From the NCBI GenBank assembly GCA_017475605.1, contig JAFVFD010000001.1:1-6472 (forward strand): DNA of 6,472 nt, read 5' to 3'. Position numbers and translations under genes: made by a program. The DNA comes from Alphaproteobacteria bacterium. Its GTDB lineage: Bacteria; Pseudomonadota; Alphaproteobacteria; Rs-D84. This document shows, in pieces, positions 1 to 6,176 of the stretch; position 1 is the first letter of the stretch, and each line of letters starts with the position of its first letter. The notes beneath the pieces are model-generated. The model saw only the letters and a program-made list of their open reading frames with translations. It was not told the origin of the DNA and did no database searches.

Positions 1-285
1 CCGAATCTGCATGTATTAAAGTTTCACAGTGATATTTTGGGTCGCGATTTTTCATTGCGTCTGTCGGCTGCGGGTCTGCGCACATTGACCAAACATGGCG
101 GTTTGGACGGCTATGTAATGGCAAAGCCTGTTTCCCGTTTGACACCTGAAATGGCAGCAATCAAGAAAGCGATTGAAAAGAAAGCTGGCAAGCCAGCGGC
201 ACCTGCCAAGAAGCCTGCACACAAGGCAAACCGCAGTGCGCGTTTGGTTAAAAAGGTTGAATCCAAGACAGAAGCCGCGAAATAA
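1..285 (+). CDS. rpmB: 50S ribosomal protein L28, 5'-truncated by the window edge. Frame 1 is open from base 1; the TTG at 37 in the ORF track is not the real start.
   Basis: Frame-1 translation from base 1 reads PNLHVLKFHSDILGRDFSLRLSAAGLRTLTKHGGLDGYVMAK... This matches the conserved L28 core (compare FLPNLQ...[21 protein letters not shown] in known L28s). TAA stop at 283-285. The C-terminus carries a Lys/Ala/Pro-rich tail. Confidence 0.9.
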   Translation, partial: PNLHVLKFHSDILGRDFSLRLSAAGLRTLTKHGGLDGYVMAKPVSRLTPEMAAIKKAIEKKAGKPAAPAKKPAHKANRSARLVKKVESKTEAAK

Positions 286-309
286 TCGTGGCGCGATTGG
301 TTGGGTTCT

Positions 310-394
310 GGCCCTGTGGCGGAATTGGTAGACGCGCTTGACTCAAAATCAAGTTCTGCAAGGAGTATCGGTTCAAGTCCGATCAGGGCCACCA
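310..394 (+). tRNA. tRNA-Leu (anticodon CAA), class II with long variable arm, CCA encoded
   Basis: Acceptor stem GGCCCTG (310-316) pairs with CAGGGCC (384-390); discriminator A391; CCA at 392-394. The D region TGGCGGAATTGGTAGACGCG is typical of tRNA-Leu. Anticodon stem CTTGA/TCAAG with loop CTCAAAA gives anticodon CAA at 344-346. Long variable arm present. T arm is ATCGG-TTCAAGT-CCGAT. Confidence 0.93.
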
Positions 395-407
395 GAAAAA
401 TAGTTAC

Positions 408-439
408 CCCGCACGAAAAGTGCGGGTTTAATATTTTTT
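408..439 (+). terminator. Rho-independent terminator after tRNA-Leu
   Basis: 7-bp GC-rich stem CCCGCAC (408-414) / GTGCGGG (420-426) with loop GAAAA, followed by the T-rich TTTAATATTTTTT. Confidence 0.7.
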
Positions 440-517
440 CAGAATCTTGTCATCGCATTGACAAAGATACACCTGTTTGTATCAGATAATTTCTATGCGC
501 CCCAGAAACAATAAAAG

Positions 518-541
518 AATACCGCCCAAACGGGCGGTATT
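518..541 (-). terminator. Rho-independent terminator downstream of rnj; the hairpin could act in both directions
   Basis: Stem ACCGCCC (521-527) / GGGCGGT (532-538) with loop AAAC, extendable by AAT/ATT. On the minus strand it lies about 20 nt after the rnj stop and is followed by ATTCTTTTATT. On the plus strand it is followed by ATTTTATCTT. Confidence 0.65.
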
Positions 542-561
542 TTATCTTAAAACAAATAATA

Positions 562-2388
562 CTATTTAAGAACGAAATGAACACAATATTGCGGTTTCTT
601 GTCCGCACCAAGTGCGGCACGCACAACCTTGTTTGATGCAGTTTGCACCGCACGATAAAGGTTGTCCTGATTTTTGCGTTCTGTTTTTGTCAAATCGTCA
701 ATTGCCTTGGTAATCTCGATTTGAATTTGCCGTTTCATAAAACCGGTTTCATCGGTTTCAAAGATTCCGACACTGGAAACATCCGGCGTACCCTTTAAGA
801 AGCCGCGTTTATCCACCGGCAACGTTACAAACACCGCGCCATTGGTTGCGATTTTACGACGGTTTTTATAAACCTGGTCGTCGGCACTGCGTTCGGTTTC
901 GCCCTCCATAACAATAAAGCCTGTTTCGATTGTTTCGCAAACATATGGTTCATTACCATCCGACAGCGCAATCATTTCGCCGTTATGAACAACCATCATA
1001 TATTTTGCGCCACCGCGTTCCATCGCCATTTTACCATTAAGCATTTCAGTAATGTATTCACCATGCATCGGAATTGAAACCTGGGGATGAACCAAATCAT
1101 AGAATCGTTCATATTCAGGACGACCGGCATGGCCACTGGCGTGAACATTATCGGTATCAAAAATGGTATGTGTTTTAATTCCCATACGCGCCAATTTGTT
1201 GTACAGGAATGAAACATCTTGTTCGCGCCCCGGAATAATAATCGCACTGAATACCACCGTATCAGTTGGCATTAATTTCATTTCCTTGACATGACCACGA
1301 CAAAGACGGGTTAACATTGCGAACTGTTCACCCTGGGAACCAGTCAGATAAATCGCCTGCTTTTCGGCTGGCAAATCTTTGATTTCGTCAAAAAGGTAAA
1401 CATCATCTGGGTTCAAATAACCCATTTCAATTCCCATTTCACGAAATTCCGGCAACCCAACATATGGCACCGGGTTTGGATTACTGCGTTCCTTGATTGC
1501 CGCAACACGTCCCGCCGCATGCGCCGCATCGGCAAACATTTTCATACGCGCAATACTGCGGGAATAACCAGTTACAATTACACGCCCCGGCGCATTTTTC
1601 ATAATTTCCGCCAACGCATCACGCACCTGGACTTCTGTTGTCTGAACTTCCTGGCGGTCGGCATCGGTTGAATCACATGCACATGCCAGCAATTTAGGAT
1701 CGGACCCGATTTCACGCAGGCGCGCAAAATCTGTTGTTTCTTCTATTGGGTTGTCATCATTGAATGTCCAGTCGCCTGTATGTAAAATCTTGCCCGCGGG
1801 GGTTTTGATAATCAACATCTGGGCTTCTGGGATACTGTGCGTTACATGGAATGTTTCCACCTCAAACGGATCAATTTTTAATGTCGCGCCATGATGGTCA
1901 AAGATAATTATATCTTTACCTTCGCGCAAAGGCATTTCCATACCATCAAATGTACGCTTGATAATTTCACCCGGGAAACGAGTACAATAAATTGGCTTTT
2001 TAAACTTTGGCCAAATGAACTTTAATGCACCAATATGATCTTCATGTCCATGGGTGATAACGAAACCAACAACATCTTTTTTATGCTTTTCCAGCCATGT
2101 TGTATCGCAATATTGAACATCGCCTGCGCCGATTTCTTCTTCCAAGAAACCCATACCACAATCAACCACAAGGTATTTACCCTTGTACTTGTACACATAC
2201 ATATTCTGGCCAATGTGTTCCAAGCCACCCAACGCGACAAAATATACATTGTCATCGTTTTCGTCGGATTCGTGCGCCGGTTTGTCGGCTATTTTTTTTG
2301 CTTTTTTTACTTTTTTCGCAGTTTCTTCTTCTGCGATGGCCGCCAACTCTTCTTTTTCGGCGGCGGTTTGTTTATGTAATCTTACCAT
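562..2388 (-). CDS. rnj: Ribonuclease J (metallo-beta-lactamase / beta-CASP family) with a charged N-terminal extension of about 45 aa
   Basis: 608-aa ORF. MBL motif VITHGHEDHIG, an RNase J-type LGGLEHIGQNMYVY N-terminal strand, HTGDW, CDSTDAD and the HASGHA motif. SD-like AAAGGA lies upstream of the ATG at 2388. TAG stop at 562-564. Confidence 0.9.
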   Translation of the reverse strand: MVRLHKQTAAEKEELAAIAEEETAKKVKKAKKIADKPAHESDENDDNVYFVALGGLEHIGQNMYVYKYKGKYLVVDCGMGFLEEEIGAGDVQYCDTTWLEKHKKDVVGFVITHGHEDHIGALKFIWPKFKKPIYCTRFPGEIIKRTFDGMEMPLREGKDIIIFDHHGATLKIDPFEVETFHVTHSIPEAQMLIIKTPAGKILHTGDWTFNDDNPIEETTDFARLREIGSDPKLLACACDSTDADRQEVQTTEVQVRDALAEIMKNAPGRVIVTGYSRSIARMKMFADAAHAAGRVAAIKERSNPNPVPYVGLPEFREMGIEMGYLNPDDVYLFDEIKDLPAEKQAIYLTGSQGEQFAMLTRLCRGHVKEMKLMPTDTVVFSAIIIPGREQDVSFLYNKLARMGIKTHTIFDTDNVHASGHAGRPEYERFYDLVHPQVSIPMHGEYITEMLNGKMAMERGGAKYMMVVHNGEMIALSDGNEPYVCETIETGFIVMEGETERSADDQVYKNRRKIATNGAVFVTLPVDKRGFLKGTPDVSSVGIFETDETGFMKRQIQIEITKAIDDLTKTERKNQDNLYRAVQTASNKVVRAALGADKKPQYCVHFVLK

Positions 2389-2417
2389 ATATAATCCTTT
2401 GTTTTTGTTTATATTTT

Positions 2418-2480
2418 CGCCACCACAAAATCCATTGCCAATAAAGAATTATCTTTATTTGTAGTGAATCTATGGTGGCG
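2418..2480 (-). promoter_or_regulatory. Possible structured leader upstream of rnj (nested hairpins)
   Basis: CGCCACCA (2418-2425) is perfectly complementary to TGGTGGCG (2473-2480). These enclose an 8-bp AT hairpin, AATAAAGA (2440-2447) / TCTTTATT (2452-2459), with loop ATTA. The outer stem ends 30 nt upstream of the rnj ATG. I could not place the rnj promoter, so it is uncertain whether this region is transcribed. Confidence 0.3.
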
Positions 2481-2608
2481 CGCTGTTACCCCATCAAATC
2501 ACATAAAATTAAACGGGGGGTTGTTATCGATGCCGTTATGGCATCATCTCTCTAACCCTGGGAACATTACCAAAATATCAGAAAAAAAGCAATAAAAATA
2601 TATAAATA

Positions 2609-2636
2609 TTGACAAAACAATAAAATGTAATACCAT
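2609..2636 (+). promoter_or_regulatory. Candidate sigma70-type promoter for the 235-aa ORF
   Basis: Consensus TTGACA at 2609-2614, a 16-nt spacer, then TACCAT at 2631-2636 (T1, A2, A5, T6 match). An A/T-rich UP-like tract lies upstream (2581-2608). SD AAGGA at 2658-2662 sits 7 nt before the ATG at 2670. Confidence 0.4.
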
Positions 2637-2669
2637 TTTCGCATACGGTAAACAAAAAAGGATAAAACC

Positions 2670-3377
2670 ATGCCTAGACAAATAATGGATATCTTGACCG
2701 AAGAAGAAATTGCATATAACAGTTTCTTGGATGAACGTAATAAAATGTCCAACGACTTTGCCCACATAATGAATAGACATGCCCGCAAGGAACATTTTAT
2801 TGAAGGCGTACTGGGTGGTACAATAATGGGGCTTCTGTTTGGCTTTATCACAGGACAAACCATTGGACGTGTTCCCGAACATGATGCAAACGGGCATGTT
2901 ATTGAATATAAATACAATGGACACAAAGCCATGGATGCTATGTGGAAAACAGTGGCGGTGTCAATTCTGCTTATGCTGGGGGTGTCTGGTATCAAAACAC
3001 TTACAGACAAACAACGCAATCGCAACCGCGCAGACACATTGGCGCAAAATGTAATGAAAAGTTATTTCGAGTTACCTTTGATGAATTACAAAGGCGAATC
3101 AGAAACCAAATTCCGCAATGTTCGTGCCGCAGCACTAGTTATAAATAATATGCCAGAATCTGAATTGAACCGCCTGCGCGCATTGGCTCTTGACAGTTTG
3201 GAATGCGATGAACATGGGCATTATTTTGTTCGTAATTACGCGATTGCTAGCGCAGCACAAATCATTTCTAACTTTATCGCATATAATCCAGAGTTAGGAT
3301 ATAATGTTTTGCGTATTATGCGTGGCGATGAACCAACAACATATTTCTTAACCAGCACTCAACAAAAAACGCGTTAA
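2670..3377 (+). CDS. Hypothetical inner-membrane protein: two TM helices plus a C-terminal soluble domain of about 125 aa; no family recognised
   Basis: 235-aa ORF with a good SD and ATG. Hydrophobic segments GVLGGTIMGLLFGFITGQTIG (about aa 46-66) and WKTVAVSILLMLGVSGI (about aa 92-108). A positive cluster, KTLTDKQRNRNR, follows TM2. The gene ends at a strong terminator. No motif I can assign to a known family. Confidence 0.7.
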   Translation: MPRQIMDILTEEEIAYNSFLDERNKMSNDFAHIMNRHARKEHFIEGVLGGTIMGLLFGFITGQTIGRVPEHDANGHVIEYKYNGHKAMDAMWKTVAVSILLMLGVSGIKTLTDKQRNRNRADTLAQNVMKSYFELPLMNYKGESETKFRNVRAAALVINNMPESELNRLRALALDSLECDEHGHYFVRNYAIASAAQIISNFIAYNPELGYNVLRIMRGDEPTTYFLTSTQQKTR

Positions 3378-3404
3378 AAAAACCGACCTTTTGGTCGGTT
3401 TTTT
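3377..3404. terminator. Bidirectional Rho-independent terminator shared by the convergent 235-aa ORF and alaS
   Basis: AAAAAACCGACC (3377-3388), loop TTTT, GGTCGGTTTTTT (3393-3404). The core is a 6-bp GC stem, extendable to 12 bp through the A-tract/T-tract, giving a U-run in both orientations. Only 34 nt separate the two stop codons. Confidence 0.85.
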
Positions 3405-3411
3405 ATTTCCC

Positions 3412-5490
3412 CTATTCTGCCAATGTTCCAACAGACATAGTTATACGGCGAATACCACTGGAAATTGATTTTTCCTTGTTAAGTTTCGCCTTGATTATTT
3501 CACCGGTGTGATATACATGCGTACCACCACACAATTCACACGAAACATCGCCGGCGGTAATAACCTTGACCCTGTCCCCGTACTTTTCACTGAACAAGGC
3601 CATCGCACCGCGTGCCTTGGCTTCATCCAACGACATTTCTTCGTGTTTAACAGGCATATCGGCGGCAATCCATTTGTTCACCAATTCTTCCACCGCCGCC
3701 TTTTCTTCCGCAGTCATCGCACGACCAAAACTGAAATCGAATCGGACCGAATCAGGCGAAACCTTGGACCCGCGCTGTTCTACATCTTCGTTAAGGACAC
3801 GTTGCAATGCCGCCTGAAGTAAATGCGTTGCCGTATGTGCACGCGCGGTCTGACCGCGCACAGATTCATTTATTTGCGTTTTAACAACATCGCCCACTGC
3901 GATATCCGCGACCAATGTTCCCTTGTGTACAACAACATTATCGACGCGGTTTGTTTCTGTAACATTAAGGACCACATTTCCATCACGTAAAAATGTTCCC
4001 ATATCGCCAACCTGGCCACCCTGGGTGCCATAGAAATTGGTTTTATCAAGTGCAACTTCAACCTCGTCGCCGGCAGCAGCAGATTTCACAAATTCACCAT
4101 TACGCAAAATTGCCAAAACATGCGATTCCAGTTCTGAATTCGGCGCATATTTTGACGAATCATCGGTTGCGGGCAAATCGGTTTGTGATTCCCACAATAC
4201 ACGTGTACCCTTGGTATCGGCGCGGGAACGTTCTTTTTGTTCAGCCATACACTTTTCAAACCCGGCCACATCAACTGCTATATTCTTATCGCGCAAAATC
4301 ATCTGGGTTAAGTCAATTGGGAAACCATATGTATCAAACAACTTAAACGCGACATCACCCGGCAAAACACCATTATTTATTTTTGGCAATTCCGCATCCA
4401 GTAATTTCATACCATTTTGTAACATATCAGTAAATGCGTTTTCTTCGTTTTCAATAATTTCTACAACGCGCTTTTCATTTGTCGCAAGTTCTGGATACGC
4501 AGCACCCATTTCTGTTATCAATGCTGGATACAGTTTAGACAACAATGCCCCACGATGCCCCAGCATCTGACCATGCCGCATTGCACGCCGCAAAATACGA
4601 CGAATTACATAACCCCGGTCGGTATTAGATGGAATAACCCCATCTGCGATTGCGAATCCAACCGCACGCAAGTGGTCTGTAATTACCTTGAACGAAGTAA
4701 CATTATCGGGGGTTTCACGCACACCGGTTACATCACTTACCGCGCGTTTCAGCGCAACAAATAAATCGGTATCATAGTTATCTGTTTTACCCTGTAATAT
4801 CGCCGCCATACGTTCCAGACCCGATCCGGTATCAACATTATGTTTTGGTAATGGATTAAGGTTACCGTTTGCATCCCGATCATATTGCATAAATACATCG
4901 TTCCACATTTCAACATAGCGACCACCATCTTCGTCTGGTGTTCCCGGCAGACCGCCCGGCAAATCTGCCCCCATGTCATAGTGCATTTCGGTACATGGGC
5001 CGCATGGTCCGGTATCGCCCGCCGACCACCAATTGTCTTTATCCAGACGGATTGCATCTTTGCCTGTTATTTTTTTCCAAATAGCCGTTGCTTCGTCATC
5101 GGACACATGTGTTGTAACAACTATGCGGTTCGGGTCCAGCCCAAATACCTGCGTCAGCAATTCCCACGACATAGCGATTGCTTCTTCTTTGAAATAATCG
5201 CCAAAAGACCAGTTGCCCATCATTTCAAAGAATGTGTGGTGGCGACCATCAAAACCAACATCTTCCAGGTCGTTATGTTTACCACCCGCACGAATACATT
5301 TTTGGACATCGGCAACACGTGGCGCGAACGCAGGTTCGGTCCCCTGTAAAATCCCCTTCCATGGAACCATACCGGCGACTGTAAATAACAAAGTCGGATC
5401 ATTAGGTATCAATGATGCCGACGGCACGATTTTATGCCCGCGCGATTCAAAGTAATCTAAAAAAGCCTTTCTTATATCATTATATGTCAT
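3412..5490 (-). CDS. alaS: Alanine--tRNA ligase (AlaRS), 692 aa: catalytic, tRNA-recognition and editing domains only; the C-terminal coiled-coil/C-Ala domain is absent
   Basis: The N-terminus MTYNDIRKAFLDYFESRGHKIVPSASLIPNDPTLLFTVAGM, plus KCIRAGGKHNDLEDVG and RHHTFFEMMGNWSFGDYFK, are AlaRS class II core signatures. Editing-domain zinc motifs are HTATH (aa 552-556) and CGGTH (aa 654-658). The protein ends GIRRITMSVGTLAE, then TAG at 3412-3414. Confidence 0.95.
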   Translation of the reverse strand: MTYNDIRKAFLDYFESRGHKIVPSASLIPNDPTLLFTVAGMVPWKGILQGTEPAFAPRVADVQKCIRAGGKHNDLEDVGFDGRHHTFFEMMGNWSFGDYFKEEAIAMSWELLTQVFGLDPNRIVVTTHVSDDEATAIWKKITGKDAIRLDKDNWWSAGDTGPCGPCTEMHYDMGADLPGGLPGTPDEDGGRYVEMWNDVFMQYDRDANGNLNPLPKHNVDTGSGLERMAAILQGKTDNYDTDLFVALKRAVSDVTGVRETPDNVTSFKVITDHLRAVGFAIADGVIPSNTDRGYVIRRILRRAMRHGQMLGHRGALLSKLYPALITEMGAAYPELATNEKRVVEIIENEENAFTDMLQNGMKLLDAELPKINNGVLPGDVAFKLFDTYGFPIDLTQMILRDKNIAVDVAGFEKCMAEQKERSRADTKGTRVLWESQTDLPATDDSSKYAPNSELESHVLAILRNGEFVKSAAAGDEVEVALDKTNFYGTQGGQVGDMGTFLRDGNVVLNVTETNRVDNVVVHKGTLVADIAVGDVVKTQINESVRGQTARAHTATHLLQAALQRVLNEDVEQRGSKVSPDSVRFDFSFGRAMTAEEKAAVEELVNKWIAADMPVKHEEMSLDEAKARGAMALFSEKYGDRVKVITAGDVSCELCGGTHVYHTGEIIKAKLNKEKSISSGIRRITMSVGTLAE

Positions 5491-5517
5491 GTATTTCCCC
5501 GTTTTTATATCTGTACG

Positions 5518-5546
5518 ATTTTACCCGCAATAAATACTACTTTCAA
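5518..5546 (-). promoter_or_regulatory. Candidate sigma70-type promoter for alaS
   Basis: On the minus strand: TTGAAA (5546-5541), a 17-nt spacer, then TAAAAT (5523-5518). This leaves a leader of about 20 nt containing GGGGA before the ATG at 5490. Confidence 0.5.
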
Positions 5547-5553
5547 TCTAAAA

Positions 5554-5583
5554 TTGCAACACATACGCATTTTATGATATAAT
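5554..5583 (+). promoter_or_regulatory. Candidate sigma70-type promoter with extended -10 for the 159-aa membrane protein gene
   Basis: TTGCAA (5554-5559), an 18-nt spacer, then TGaTATAAT (TG at 5575-5576, TATAAT at 5578-5583). SD AAGGAA at 5593-5598; ATG at 5610. Confidence 0.6.
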
Positions 5584-5609
5584 AAGAAGACAAAGGAAAC
5601 ACACATACC

Positions 5610-6089
5610 ATGAAACCAATTCTGTTATATGCAATTATTGCGTTGGCTGCAATTGCCATTGTGGCCAGTTTTGGTTTTCAATTGGGCTCGACCGAAATGC
5701 CCGCCATGACCGAATCGATGGCGGCGAATGTTTTATTTGTGTGTCCATCGGCGAACGCCACATGGGATTCTATTTCAATGGGACTTCGTGTGATTGAACG
5801 ATATATCATTGGTGGTGCGTTTTTTGTTGTTGTATTATTGCTGTTCGGTTGGGGGTGGCAATTATATCAAAATCTTTTAAGCGATAAATTCAAACGCGAA
5901 TCATTCAAGACCATCTGGGGATTCACGAAACTGGCGTTTTGGGCGGGCGTTATAACATTATTACTGGTCGCAACACCGAACCATTTTCGTCGTGTTGAAA
6001 TAACCGGTGCGGGTAATAATTGGGTATTTTGCGATGGCAATACACCTGGGGCCAGCGCGGTTCGCGCCGATGCGGTGCATGCGCGTTAA
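5610..6089 (+). CDS. Hypothetical small integral membrane protein (three predicted TM segments)
   Basis: 159-aa ORF. Hydrophobic segments PILLYAIIALAAIAIVASFGF (aa 3-23), YIIGGAFFVVVLLLFGWGW (about aa 65-83) and IWGFTKLAFWAGVITLLLVAT (about aa 102-122). The basic loop DKFKRESFK lies between TM2 and TM3. A strong promoter lies upstream. No family recognised. Confidence 0.7.
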   Translation: MKPILLYAIIALAAIAIVASFGFQLGSTEMPAMTESMAANVLFVCPSANATWDSISMGLRVIERYIIGGAFFVVVLLLFGWGWQLYQNLLSDKFKRESFKTIWGFTKLAFWAGVITLLLVATPNHFRRVEITGAGNNWVFCDGNTPGASAVRADAVHAR

Positions 6090-6132
6090 TTTTGTCAACT
6101 TTATAAAAAATTACGATTTTTAAAATATGCTC

Positions 6133-6161
6133 TTGACTTGAATAGCCGTTTTCTCTACGAT
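6133..6161 (+). promoter_or_regulatory. Candidate sigma70-type promoter for the HU gene
   Basis: TTGACT (6133-6138), a 17-nt spacer, then TACGAT (6156-6161). An A/T-rich UP-like tract lies at 6104-6130. The predicted leader is about 114 nt. Confidence 0.6.
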
Positions 6162-6176
6162 TCGATTAAGCAGGAC

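Noticed and set aside
310-561. tRNA-Leu as an integration hotspot with a genomic island downstream
   Set aside because: There is no integrase and no direct repeat of the tRNA 3' end elsewhere in the window. The tRNA is followed immediately by its own terminator and a housekeeping gene.
111-653. ORFs 111-392 (-), 301-489 (+) and 450-653 (-)
   Set aside because: They run across rpmB, the tRNA-Leu gene or two terminator hairpins. The tRNA and L28 assignments explain this sequence far better.
996-2464. Several ORFs of 77-115 aa (996-1247 -, 2022-2255 -, 2035-2379 +, 2097-2444 +, 2183-2464 +) overlapping rnj
   Set aside because: They are out-of-frame or antisense shadows of a 608-aa gene with clear RNase J motifs. 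Their products are low-complexity (F/L/C-rich, derived from the poly-A/T coding tract) and they lack SD sequences.
2472-2555. 27-codon small ORF (MVARCYPIKSHKIKRGVVIDAVMASSL) in the rnj / 235-aa intergenic region
   Set aside because: It has no SD upstream and no recognisable peptide features. It overlaps the GC-rich stem arm, so it is most likely a chance ORF.
2544-3148. Other-frame ORFs over the 235-aa gene (minus strand 2544-2924 and 2567-3037; plus strand 2839-3054 and 2942-3148), considered as alternative genes or as remnants of the missing alaS C-Ala domain
   Set aside because: The minus-strand products are Cys/Ser/Ile-rich nonsense and show none of the Gly-rich C-Ala/DHHA1 signature. 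The minus-strand ORFs are also separated from alaS by the bidirectional terminator and the stops TAG..TAA. The 2670-3377 plus frame has the proper SD, start and terminator.
2670-3377. Lower GC in the 235-aa gene as evidence of horizontal acquisition
   Set aside because: Hand counts gave about 40% GC over 2701-2940. Single 60-nt lines inside alaS ranged from 33% to 53%. That spread is too noisy to support a compositional anomaly without a proper sliding-window or codon-usage calculation.
3508-5455. ORFs overlapping alaS, antisense and alternate-frame (3508-3822 +, 3566-3817 +, 3870-4061 -, 3993-4346 +, 4037-4570 +, 4086-4274 -, 4555-4764 +, 4749-5057 -, 4885-5349 +, 5213-5455 +, 5220-5402 -)
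   Set aside because: All lie inside the strongly supported alaS frame. None has a recognisable motif or start context, so these are typical shadow ORFs.
5610-6089. The 159-aa protein as a VirB2/TrbC-type T4SS pilin (signal peptide plus two hydrophobic helices with a charged loop)
   Set aside because: The resemblance is only a general hydrophobicity pattern. The spacing, the 38-aa C-terminal tail and the absence of any other T4SS gene nearby give no real support.
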